Positions 18,515-26,927 are shown, counted from the stretch's first letter. The stretch: 62,835 nt of DNA from a virus (IMGVR_UViG_3300032282_004527:1-62835), one strand, 5' to 3'. Notes: generated by a model from the sequence alone, not told the origin. Program-made: numbers and translations.

Positions 18515-19096
18515 ATGAACACAAAGCCAGAACTAATCAATAGCTTAGTAAGAAACAGCGACAAATACGCACGACTTGTCAGCAACATCAAGGCACACCC
18601 CTCTACCATAGAGCACCAGGCCGAAACACACATCGGCTTTCACATCTGGGTTGGATCTACACCCGACCATATCAAACCTCTCATATGCAGAGAGTTCACA
18701 CACCCCTTCTGCGGATACTGCTACAGACTAAACAAAGACCTAAAGTACGCTCAGGACGAAGCAGAACACTCCGCTAACCTGCTCGACGCAGGAGAACTAG
18801 AAGGAGCATTCGACTCACTAAGAGAGGCTATCGAAACACTTAGACCCTGGGGAGTGCCAGAAAAACTCGAGCAAGCACTCACACTACTTAATGAAATAAA
18901 AACAAGTCTTGGCAACGAACCCAAGTTCCTATCACCTACCCTACTGAAAAAAATTGAAGAGTATGTTCGAATCAATTTTGACGACGAATATGGACTCGGA
19001 AATGGAGTCGCCGTTCTTATCGGACGGTACGCAATGCGTGGATGGGAAAACGCTGTCAACGCAATCAACTACATGATGTGCAACAAAGTACACTAA
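18515..19096 (+). CDS. Hypothetical protein
   Basis: 193 aa; AAGGACAAC RBS. Confidence 0.7.
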   Translation: MNTKPELINSLVRNSDKYARLVSNIKAHPSTIEHQAETHIGFHIWVGSTPDHIKPLICREFTHPFCGYCYRLNKDLKYAQDEAEHSANLLDAGELEGAFDSLREAIETLRPWGVPEKLEQALTLLNEIKTSLGNEPKFLSPTLLKKIEEYVRINFDDEYGLGNGVAVLIGRYAMRGWENAVNAINYMMCNKVH

Positions 19097-19105
19097 AGTA
19101 ACCAC

Positions 19106-19139
19106 AAGCCCCCAGTAAGCAATTGCTTACTGGGGGCTT
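19106..19139. repeat. Perfect 34-bp palindrome
   Basis: AAGCCCCCAGTAAGCAA|TTGCTTACTGGGGGCTT, intergenic, no U-tract. Confidence 0.9.
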
Positions 19140-19158
19140 ACAACAAAAAGGAACAACA

Positions 19159-19485
19159 ATGAAAACAACACAAGAAAACAAAACAACATCAAAGAAAACC
19201 CTCACACACATCTTCAGCATCGTACCTCGTGTAGCAATCATGTGCGTACACAGATCCAAAACAAACATAAAAGCAGAGTTCAGAGTCTTCGCCTGTCTCA
19301 ACAACGACATCCTAGACATCACATGGCACGTAGGAGTGCTACTCAACGCCAACGGTAAAAACGGCGTCGTCGCAAGAGGATACGGTTTAGACCTGGAAAT
19401 GCACATCGTCAACAACCTAGAGTACGAACTCTACGGCGACAACACAAGAGTACTAGAAGTCAATAAACTCTATAGAGCAATGTAA
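19159..19485 (+). CDS. Hypothetical protein
   Basis: AAGGAACAAC RBS, ATG 19159; GYGLDLEMHIV motif. Confidence 0.7.
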   Translation: MKTTQENKTTSKKTLTHIFSIVPRVAIMCVHRSKTNIKAEFRVFACLNNDILDITWHVGVLLNANGKNGVVARGYGLDLEMHIVNNLEYELYGDNTRVLEVNKLYRAM

Positions 19486-19493
19486 GGAAAACA

Positions 19494-19757
19494 ATGAGAA
19501 ACAAAGTAATCGATAAACTAGGAGAAAAATTTTTCAGCAAAACAACTGAAATTGACTACCTACTTAACATAGTAGACAAAATAGACGAAACAGAAAAAAA
19601 AGAAATGGATATAAAAATCCTTCAAGCCATCGCCATCTACGACCAACTCACCGCAGCAATCATCGACTACATCACCAACGAAGAAGACAAGAAAACAGCC
19701 ATGAACCTCGTAAGCAACATGATGAAAATCTTGATGCTAAAATACAACAATAAATGA
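19494..19757 (+). CDS. Hypothetical protein
   Basis: AAGGA RBS; operonic. Confidence 0.6.
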   Translation: MRNKVIDKLGEKFFSKTTEIDYLLNIVDKIDETEKKEMDIKILQAIAIYDQLTAAIIDYITNEEDKKTAMNLVSNMMKILMLKYNNK

Positions 19758-20053
19758 ACTACGACTTCAAAAAACTACTCAACTACGCACACAACAACCC
19801 ACTAGAACAACCTGACTGGCGAACCAGGCCATGGGGACGACCAGTACTAACAACACCAACAGGCGACGACCCAGAACTCGTAGCCACAGCAACAATAAGA
19901 TACAATGGAATTTTTATAGACGGTATAAAAATCTACTACCGAAACAACGCACTAGAAATTATCTCGCCTTCTAAGTTTGTTGACCAATATGAACAAACGC
20001 TGTTCTCCAGCGACATCATATGGGTCTACAGAAACCACATAAAAACAAAATAA
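19754..20053 (+). CDS. Hypothetical protein
   Basis: Coupled to the upstream gene; 99 aa. Confidence 0.6.
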   Translation: MNYDFKKLLNYAHNNPLEQPDWRTRPWGRPVLTTPTGDDPELVATATIRYNGIFIDGIKIYYRNNALEIISPSKFVDQYEQTLFSSDIIWVYRNHIKTK

Positions 20054-20119
20054 AAAAGTAACCACGAGGCCCGTAGTAGAACAACTACTGCGGGCCTCAA
20101 TACTAGAAAGGAGGTTTCT

Positions 20120-20362
20120 ATGGAAAATAAATTCGTACTGCCCGGACACCAGCCTGCAACATGCCCATGTGTAGCATGCAGAATATACAGGAAAGAAAAA
20201 CCTAACCCAACGACAAAAACAAAAACATCAAAGAAAAGAAACTACCTATGGATATCAGACGGACTAGACCATGAAGTAACTACACTCGCAATTGAACTAA
20301 ACTGCTCTAAGGCTAAAGTCGTCAGAGACGCAATCATCAAATACATCAACGAAAGAAAGTAA
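20120..20362 (+). CDS. Zn-knuckle plus ribbon-helix-helix protein
   Basis: HQPATCPCVAC, then RNYLWI...CSKAKVVRDAIIKY RHH; AGAAAGGAGG RBS. Confidence 0.7.
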   Translation: MENKFVLPGHQPATCPCVACRIYRKEKPNPTTKTKTSKKRNYLWISDGLDHEVTTLAIELNCSKAKVVRDAIIKYINERK

Positions 20363-20366
20363 AACT

Positions 20367-21026
20367 ATGGAAGTAAAGTGGTCAGACAGCACTAAGACAG
20401 CATACTCATTCAATATCCCATCTGAAAAGACATGCCCTGGAAAAACCCCCACGTGCGTATCCAAATGCTACGGACTCAGAGGACGATTTCGTCCTGAGAT
20501 GAATGGCTCAGCAACAACAGACTATAACTTCAAAGTTCTTCAAGACGATGTAACGGCTATTGAAAGAATTAAATGGCCAAACAAAAAAAGCATCAACAGC
20601 TTCAGAATAAACGGAGTAGGAGACATATACTCCCTAGAATTTGGCAGATCTATTTTCAAGATGTGCCACAACAACAACAACAAAGAATTCTGGCTGTACA
20701 CAAGATCCTTCGACATCATTGATACACTTCTCAGTGAACAAAACAAACCTGAAAACCTCGTGCTGTTCTTGTCTGCAGATGTTGACAACGTAAATAAAGC
20801 ACACGAACTAGCCGAAAAATATAACCTACCCGTAGCCTACATGGGACACGACGTAGCAACAGAAAAAGACGCTTTCGTATGCCCAAGTACTACAGGTGAC
20901 CCTAGGTTCAAACTATCTAAAAGAAAAGAAGAAGCGCCATGCATCAAATGCAAGTACTGCTTTAATAGAAAAGAAAAATTCGATATTTTCAGAACTAAAA
21001 AGGGCGTAAGATTCCTCTATCACTAA
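20367..21026 (+). CDS. Gp88-like Cys-rich (radical-SAM-like) protein
   Basis: FNIP...TCPG...C...CY, FRINGVGD, FWLYTRS and C-terminal CIKCKYC. Confidence 0.75.
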   Translation: MEVKWSDSTKTAYSFNIPSEKTCPGKTPTCVSKCYGLRGRFRPEMNGSATTDYNFKVLQDDVTAIERIKWPNKKSINSFRINGVGDIYSLEFGRSIFKMCHNNNNKEFWLYTRSFDIIDTLLSEQNKPENLVLFLSADVDNVNKAHELAEKYNLPVAYMGHDVATEKDAFVCPSTTGDPRFKLSKRKEEAPCIKCKYCFNRKEKFDIFRTKKGVRFLYH

Positions 21027-21035
21027 GGAGATAAC

Positions 21036-21458
21036 ATGATAAACAAAACAAAAAGAACAAAACAAGAAATTGAATTCTTCATGTCACTGCTCGAAGAAGT
21101 AGGAGACAACCAAACCAAATTCCCAGAAAACTACGTACTAAGCAATGTACGTAGACAAGACAGAGTAGCACTCTACTCTGTATACGAAATCCTTGGGCGT
21201 GTAGGAAACAAACTAGGATACATCTGGAACTGCCCACACTGCCTTTCTTTTAGGTCATTTGACGAAGACTGCTGTGACCATAACTCAGACGGAGACTGCT
21301 CCGACTGCGGAGGGGAAGGATGGTATGACTGCCACGTCTGCAGAGGATGTGGAGAAGGTCAAGTAGGAGAAGCCCGATGCTACGCATGCAAAGGAAAAGG
21401 AGAAACACCCTGTAACCTCTGCAGGCCGGAATATATGCCAGACTACACACCATACTAA
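21036..21458 (+). CDS. Protein with DnaJ-type CxxCxGxG zinc finger
   Basis: CSDCGGEG, CHVCRGCG, CYACKGKG. Confidence 0.75.
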   Translation: MINKTKRTKQEIEFFMSLLEEVGDNQTKFPENYVLSNVRRQDRVALYSVYEILGRVGNKLGYIWNCPHCLSFRSFDEDCCDHNSDGDCSDCGGEGWYDCHVCRGCGEGQVGEARCYACKGKGETPCNLCRPEYMPDYTPY

Positions 21459-21470
21459 AGGAAAAACAAC

Positions 21471-21779
21471 ATGACAGTATATCAAAATATAGACGAACTA
21501 TATTCAACAGAACTGCTGTTCATATTAGCAAACAGAGCCGCAGAACCATTCGACACAGCTAGAACAACAATGTCCGACATGCTGGATAAAAAGGAAGTGC
21601 TGCACGCACTCCAAGAACTAGGACTTCTTAACGTATTCAAAAACATCATCAAAGAACTAAGTGAAGCAAATAGCCAACTAAAACTTCTTGGGGAAGGCGT
21701 CATGCCCGAAGAAGAAGTTAAAACACGAATTGGAAAATCCATTCGTTCCGCACTCATCTATTTTGATCCAGCAATGTAG
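21471..21779 (+). CDS. Hypothetical protein
   Basis: AAAGGA RBS; 102 aa. Confidence 0.65.
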   Translation: MTVYQNIDELYSTELLFILANRAAEPFDTARTTMSDMLDKKEVLHALQELGLLNVFKNIIKELSEANSQLKLLGEGVMPEEEVKTRIGKSIRSALIYFDPAM

Positions 21780-21791
21780 TTTAGGATTAAT

Positions 21792-22238
21792 ATGAACATA
21801 AAAGAAGCAGCAAGAAACCACATTATAAAAACATACGAACAAGCAAAAAACACATGGACAAAAGCAGACTGGACGCACGAACTCGTATTAGACGGTAAAG
21901 GAGTTCTATGGGGAACAGACGAGTTAGAAGAAAAAACATGGCCGAAATACTGCAACGGACAAGACGGACCTAGAAACTCTAAAGACACAACAGAGTCTTG
22001 GGGAGACGTATGCGAATACTGCGCAGACGCCAAAGACCACGCAAAACTTGCAGAAGAATTCGCTGAAATAGCAGTGAATCTTATTAAGCAAGATAAGTGG
22101 AACGAAGCAGAAAACAACGCATACATTGCCTACACCTTCGAAATGACATACGGAGACGCCCCAACATGGCGACCTCTACTACAGAAAATAGAACAAGCAA
22201 AAGAACTATTCGAAGAAGAAGGTATCCCCTTCAACTAA
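21792..22238 (+). CDS. Hypothetical protein
   Basis: 148 aa; CEYC followed by a helical region loosely resembling the 18515 ORF (CGYC...AEHSANLL). Confidence 0.65.
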   Translation: MNIKEAARNHIIKTYEQAKNTWTKADWTHELVLDGKGVLWGTDELEEKTWPKYCNGQDGPRNSKDTTESWGDVCEYCADAKDHAKLAEEFAEIAVNLIKQDKWNEAENNAYIAYTFEMTYGDAPTWRPLLQKIEQAKELFEEEGIPFN

Positions 22239-22245
22239 AATAAAA

Positions 22246-22867
22246 GCCCTACGCGGGGATGGGCTCCCGCATTCTACAAACACAAAAGAAGGGACAATGA
22301 CAATGAAAGACTACACGCTGAACAAAGAATACGTAGAAGCACAACTCGGAATCGACGAGCCGCGCTGGACGAGCGAGGACCTCAACGTGATCGGGGCCAT
22401 GCTCCATGCATGCGACACCCCAGAGGAAGCACGCACCGTCTTCAGTCTTGCGTGCCGCATCGGCATCGCGTGGCAGTGCTGGGACTGCGACAGCATCCTC
22501 ATCGACTTCGAGGAGTCGTGCTGCGGCATCCGACCCGACAACATCATGTACTGTCAGTGCGGTAACGTGCACGTCGCCATGGCTCCAGAGATCCACAGCA
22601 ATGGATGCTCGTGCCCCGAGTCTGCACCAAGGTGGGACATGCTAATCGTGACCTACGTTCCACAGCACCTGCAGGAGACGGCTCGTGCCACGGGCTCCTG
22701 GAATGGATGCGACCTGGAAGCGGTGGTCACCGTGGAATGCGCCAAGGAGTTCGAGGGCATGGAGTTCGTCAAGGTGGAGGGAAGGATGCTGAGGCCCTAA
22801 AAACCCTGAAGTAGAAGACGAGCAGAACTAACGAGGCGCCCTATGCAAGAATAAGCTCCCGCATTCT
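22246..22867 (+). repeat. Imperfect 30-bp direct repeats (22246-22275 and 22838-22867) flanking one gene
   Basis: GCCCTAYGCRRGRATRRGCTCCCGCATTCT, 24/30 identical. Confidence 0.8.
22297..22800 (+). CDS. Cys-rich hypothetical protein
   Basis: 167 aa; visibly more GC-rich than its neighbours. Confidence 0.7.
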   Translation: MTMKDYTLNKEYVEAQLGIDEPRWTSEDLNVIGAMLHACDTPEEARTVFSLACRIGIAWQCWDCDSILIDFEESCCGIRPDNIMYCQCGNVHVAMAPEIHSNGCSCPESAPRWDMLIVTYVPQHLQETARATGSWNGCDLEAVVTVECAKEFEGMEFVKVEGRMLRP

Positions 22868-22881
22868 TAGGAGGAACAACA

Positions 22882-24180
22882 ATGCTAGAACTACTCCCCT
22901 ACCAAAAAGAAGGTGTTAATTTTCTCAAGTCCAAAACCTACGCACTACTTGCTGACGATCCTGGACTAGGTAAAACAGCACAGGTCCTCCGATCTATAAA
23001 CACACAACAACCAGTACTCGTTATCTGCCCTAAAGTAGCAAAAGGAGTCTGGAAAGCAGAAGCAACTAAATGGATAGGACCAAACTACAAAGTCACTATA
23101 TGCAAATCTAAAGCTACTGCAAAGTACCCGGCTCCTGGAGAGATGGTCATCATGTCCTACGACAGTGCGGACATCACAGACAACTACATCTCTAAAAACA
23201 CAATCCTCGTTGCAGACGAAGCACACCTCGTAAAAGCAGGCAACAATAAAAGATGCGCACTCTTTAGAACCATCACTCGACAAATCGTATGGAACCAAGG
23301 TAAAATCTGGCTCCTTACAGGAACACCTATGCCTAATAACCCACAAGAACTTTGGAATATTCTTGCATACACCCCTATGGCTGAACAGGCTTGGGGTAAT
23401 GAAAGAAACTTTTTCAAACTATTCAATGGGTTCAGAATCAGAACAGCCTTTGGAATCCAAGTCAAGTGGGGTAAGCCTACGCCAGCCGCTGGAGAAGGGT
23501 TTCGTAAGGTCGCTCTTCGTAGACGACGTCACGAAGTTCTTAAAGAACTCCCTGAAAAGTTCTACCAAGAAGACCTTGTACCTATTTCAAGAGAAGCACT
23601 CAAAGCATGCACCACACTTCTAAAGAAACTAGAAGAAATGGGCATCGACGAAGACAGAATCGTTGACGTAATCATGGACGCTAACAAGTACGGAATTCCC
23701 GCACAACTTATTGCCGAGGCTCGTAAGGCCCTAGCAATCGCTAAGATTCCTACGCTTCTAGAGCACGTCAGCGAAGCCGAGAATACTCAAACACCACTAG
23801 TAGTCTTCAGCGCTCACAGGGCCCCAATAGACGCACTTAATGGACGTCCAGGGTGGGGCATCATCACTGGAGACACGTCTGCTAACGAACGCACTCGACT
23901 CGTTGAAGAGTTCCAAGCAGGCAACCTGATCGGCATGGCTGCTACCATCAAAGCAGCAGGTGTCGCATTAACCCTCACTAAAGCAAACAAGTGCCTATTC
24001 GTAGACAGAGACTGGACGCCAGCTAATAACAGCCAAGCAGAAGCACGCCTACAACGCATTGGGCAAAAATTCAATGTGCTCGTAACAACGCTTGTCTGCG
24101 AACACGCTATCGACACAAAAGTCTACAAAACACTGATCAAAAAGCAAATGCTTATTGAAGAAGTAGTAGGGAACGGATAA
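22882..24180 (+). CDS. SNF2-family (SMARCAL1/HARP-like) helicase
   Basis: LADDPGLGKT, DEAH, LTGTPMPN and QAEARLQRIGQ. Confidence 0.9.
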   Translation: MLELLPYQKEGVNFLKSKTYALLADDPGLGKTAQVLRSINTQQPVLVICPKVAKGVWKAEATKWIGPNYKVTICKSKATAKYPAPGEMVIMSYDSADITDNYISKNTILVADEAHLVKAGNNKRCALFRTITRQIVWNQGKIWLLTGTPMPNNPQELWNILAYTPMAEQAWGNERNFFKLFNGFRIRTAFGIQVKWGKPTPAAGEGFRKVALRRRRHEVLKELPEKFYQEDLVPISREALKACTTLLKKLEEMGIDEDRIVDVIMDANKYGIPAQLIAEARKALAIAKIPTLLEHVSEAENTQTPLVVFSAHRAPIDALNGRPGWGIITGDTSANERTRLVEEFQAGNLIGMAATIKAAGVALTLTKANKCLFVDRDWTPANNSQAEARLQRIGQKFNVLVTTLVCEHAIDTKVYKTLIKKQMLIEEVVGNG

Positions 24181-24182
24181 AA

Positions 24183-24566
24183 ATGAAAATCACCAAAAAG
24201 ATGCTTATAGGTATTAAGGCTGGAAAGATCAACCCCACTGACTCTGAAATCCGTAAGGCACACAAAGAATTCAAAGAGCTAACACTAAAAGCACTTCAAA
24301 CTAACTACCACCACAAAGCAGCCTACTACGCTAAAGAGGCTTGCGAAGTCATCAACAAACTCACCAATGGGTATGGAGTAGAGTACTTCATCACAAACAA
24401 AGGTAACGGATACTGGTACGTAAACCAGGGAGAAACCTACGCAAAAACACTACTGTTCCCCGATCCATTCCTTAAAGAAAATTCACGGCGTAAGTATCCG
24501 TTCGTATGGACCTGGGGAGACGTAGTAGAAAAAGAAGACCTTGAAACATTTAAGAGTCTTCTATGA
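24183..24566 (+). CDS. Hypothetical protein
   Basis: 127 aa; GYGVE...YVNQGETYAKT motif. Confidence 0.65.
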   Translation: MKITKKMLIGIKAGKINPTDSEIRKAHKEFKELTLKALQTNYHHKAAYYAKEACEVINKLTNGYGVEYFITNKGNGYWYVNQGETYAKTLLFPDPFLKENSRRKYPFVWTWGDVVEKEDLETFKSLL

Positions 24567-24805
24567 GACACCTCGTATGCTCTAACAACCTAGCAAAAGT
24601 AATGTCTAGGTCACACATGACAGTATCCCATCTAGCTAAGATCACAGGACTAAACAAAGAAACAATAAGAAAATACATGAGAGGAGAGTCAGAACCAAGT
24701 GTCTACATAGCAATACTTATCTCAGACGCATTGTTCTGCAACATACAAAGTCTATGGTCAGCAGAAGTCTATGAAACAAAAGACTTGCAAAGCTATGATG
24801 ACTAA
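24563..24805 (+). CDS. XRE-family HTH regulator
   Basis: MTVSHLAKITGLNKETIRKYMRGESEPS. Confidence 0.85.
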   Translation: MRHLVCSNNLAKVMSRSHMTVSHLAKITGLNKETIRKYMRGESEPSVYIAILISDALFCNIQSLWSAEVYETKDLQSYDD

Positions 24806-24813
24806 GGTATAAT
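24785..24813 (+). promoter_or_regulatory. Sigma70-type promoter
   Basis: TTGCAA-17 nt-TATAAT. Confidence 0.75.
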
Positions 24814-24819
24814 TAGCAC

Positions 24820-24884
24820 GTTGTTCCTTCCTTTCTGCAAAAAGCCCCCTCTTAGTGATAACACACTAAGAGGGGGCTTTTTTT
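24820..24884 (+). ncRNA. Candidate ~65-nt small RNA with anti-RBS 5' seed
   Basis: Bounded by the promoter above and a hairpin plus T7 terminator; 5' GTTGTTCCTTCCTTTCTG is complementary to the phage RBS consensus. Confidence 0.55.
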
Positions 24885-25000
24885 ATTTAGGTTATAACTA
24901 ATAACTAAACTTCAGTTTCTACAAAAAGCCCCCTCTTAGTGATAACACACTAAAAGGGGGCTTTTTTTATTTAGGTTATAACTAATAACTAAACTTCAGT
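24833..25000. terminator. Tandemly duplicated (2 x 84 bp) bidirectional intrinsic terminator
   Basis: AAAAAGCCCCCTCTTAGTG...CACTAARAGGGGGCTTTTTTT twice, between convergent operons. Confidence 0.9.
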
Positions 25001-25459
25001 AGTAGGAACGTCTGAATAATCTACCGACTTCTTACTTTTTTTATTAGTAAGGGGGGCCTCAGCCAAAGTCGGTGGGCGCGAAGACTTACGACCTTCTTTC
25101 TTCTTAGGCTCATTTGCAAGAACTTTCTTGGCTTCCTTCTCCACCTTCTTAAGGTTCTTCTCACGAAGCTTACGAGCCAGAACCGCCAACTCATGAGCAC
25201 GAGAGGGCTTCCCCATGGGGGCTGCTGGCTGCTCTACCTCTACAGGCTTCTCCTTCTCTGGGAGGACCTTAGGCTGCTCCTGGACGGCAGCCGGAGGCTC
25301 CGCCGGGATAGCCCGAGCGTAGACGATAGCGTCGTCAGGGAAGTAGAACTTCTCATTGTTTGAAGAAACAAAACGGCCAAAAGCATCGCTTCCGAGATGA
25401 CCGAACATACTGAACGAGCAGCGCTCGTCCCAACCAACCACACGAACTTCGACCTTCAT
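24989..25459 (-). CDS. Hypothetical protein with basic C-terminus
   Basis: GGAGGT RBS; 156 aa. Confidence 0.65.
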   Translation of the reverse strand: MKVEVRVVGWDERCSFSMFGHLGSDAFGRFVSSNNEKFYFPDDAIVYARAIPAEPPAAVQEQPKVLPEKEKPVEVEQPAAPMGKPSRAHELAVLARKLREKNLKKVEKEAKKVLANEPKKKEGRKSSRPPTLAEAPLTNKKSKKSVDYSDVPTTEV

Positions 25460-25590
25460 GACTTTACCTCCGGAGTATTTCCGTCCTCAACCCACTTGAG
25501 GAACTGCTGATAGTCAACGTTGTTGGAGTCCAAAGGAATCCAAGCACCGTCCTCTACTCTTCTAACCATCTTCCCATGTATCTCGTACAT
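25456..25590 (-). CDS. Small tail-fibre-associated protein (44 aa, not in the ORF track)
   Basis: IPLDSNNVDYQQFLKWVEDGNTP, a motif commonly found after phage fibre genes; coupled on both sides. Confidence 0.65.
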   Translation of the reverse strand: MYEIHGKMVRRVEDGAWIPLDSNNVDYQQFLKWVEDGNTPEVKS

Positions 25591-26702
25591 TACAGCTCTG
25601 CCTCCGCAGTTAAGTGTATCCCGCATCGAATAGGATGAGCAGAAACATTAGAATCGTTCTGAACAAACAAAGAGTTGTCGCTAACAGTGGGAACACTAGC
25701 AGTGTAGTCTTTTGTAAAGTCCGACGCATTCCCCCACCCACTTCCAGAGCGATACGGGTTATAAGTGACGACTGTCGGATACGCTCGCATGTATACGGGG
25801 AACCTACAGTCCACCCCCATGTACTGGGTGTCTTTCAACGGAGTAACGTAATTAATAGACCCATCATCCCCCGCAGAAGACGCTGGTGTAGTACCTCTGG
25901 GGAACGTGCTGAAGAAGTGACGCTGGCACCGATGTATCTCAAGAATAAGTGGGGAGTATTCGAACTGACTGTTCGTTGTCCCTAACTCCACCTGAACCCC
26001 TGTGACAACGAAACCATCGTTTGCGCCAGCCGTCCCCGTGGGAGTGTAAGCGAAACCTATAGCCAACGTCTGCGTGCTCCCAGAACCAATAGTGAACGTT
26101 GCAGAGAACGTCTGGTTCGAAGTAGTAAGCGTCTTCACACTTGTCTGACTTTGGAGGTTTGTCCAAGTACCCTGGCTCAAATCCCAGGAGCTTCCCCCGT
26201 AAGTACCACCACGAACGCAGTACACGGTCAACGAAGACGACGTTGAAGTTGCAAAGTTTCGGGCTTTAAAAGAAACCGTAATGGTCTTTCCCGACAAATC
26301 CTGGCAGTCCGTCGCATCGATAATCTGATAGAAATACAGCGTACTTGTGTCAGAGTTACCGCTGGCTCTTATAACCCTAGCGCCGTACAAATTGTAGTAA
26401 GGAGTAGATCCGCCAGAAAAGCGATCAACAGAAAGTCCAGCAACCATACCAGTACGATACCCAAACCAGCGGTCAGCCGTGTACGTAAGAAGACCCCCAG
26501 TCTTGCCACTACTAACGTCAGTAAACGACGTACCTCGCTGCCAAACATCGAAACCCCCATTAATAAGGCGGTTACGCCACTGAAGGCTTCCTGTGGACCC
26601 GGCACGATCAAGCACCGCTGAAGTTGTAGCAATCGTGCTGTCTACGTCCGTACTCGTGATTGTGCCATCCCGAATCTGATCGCCACGAATGTCCGTACCC
26701 AT
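25590..26702 (-). CDS. Tail fibre / receptor-binding protein with CBM-like domain
   Basis: RNRLINGGFDVWQRGT...YTADRW...GVQVELGT...CQRHF pattern. Confidence 0.75.
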   Translation of the reverse strand: MGTDIRGDQIRDGTITSTDVDSTIATTSAVLDRAGSTGSLQWRNRLINGGFDVWQRGTSFTDVSSGKTGGLLTYTADRWFGYRTGMVAGLSVDRFSGGSTPYYNLYGARVIRASGNSDTSTLYFYQIIDATDCQDLSGKTITVSFKARNFATSTSSSLTVYCVRGGTYGGSSWDLSQGTWTNLQSQTSVKTLTTSNQTFSATFTIGSGSTQTLAIGFAYTPTGTAGANDGFVVTGVQVELGTTNSQFEYSPLILEIHRCQRHFFSTFPRGTTPASSAGDDGSINYVTPLKDTQYMGVDCRFPVYMRAYPTVVTYNPYRSGSGWGNASDFTKDYTASVPTVSDNSLFVQNDSNVSAHPIRCGIHLTAEAEL

Positions 26703-26739
26703 CAAAATCTCCTACTCAAGTCTTGTAGGAGTATATCAT

Positions 26740-26780
26740 AAATGAAAAGGCCACGCACGGAGTGAGAGGTGCGTGGCCTT
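26740..26780 (-). terminator. Intrinsic terminator
   Basis: 12-bp stem AAGGCCACGCAC/GTGCGTGGCCTT with minus-strand tail TTTTCATTT. Confidence 0.6.
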
Positions 26781-26871
26781 AAAAGCATTCTTCTAGATGT
26801 GGCAGAAGATATTCAGTTGTACCTGCCCGGCTCCTCCAGCCGGATTTAGACTCGAACTATAACACACCACT

Positions 26872-26909
26872 AAAAAAGAAACAAGGCCCCTCCCGAAGGA
26901 AGAGCCTTG
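26872..26909 (-). terminator. Intrinsic terminator after the fibre gene
   Basis: CAAGGCTCTTCC-TTCG-GGAGGGGCCTTG followed by TTTCTTTTTT. Confidence 0.85.
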
Positions 26910-26927
26910 CTCCTAGTCAACTAGACT

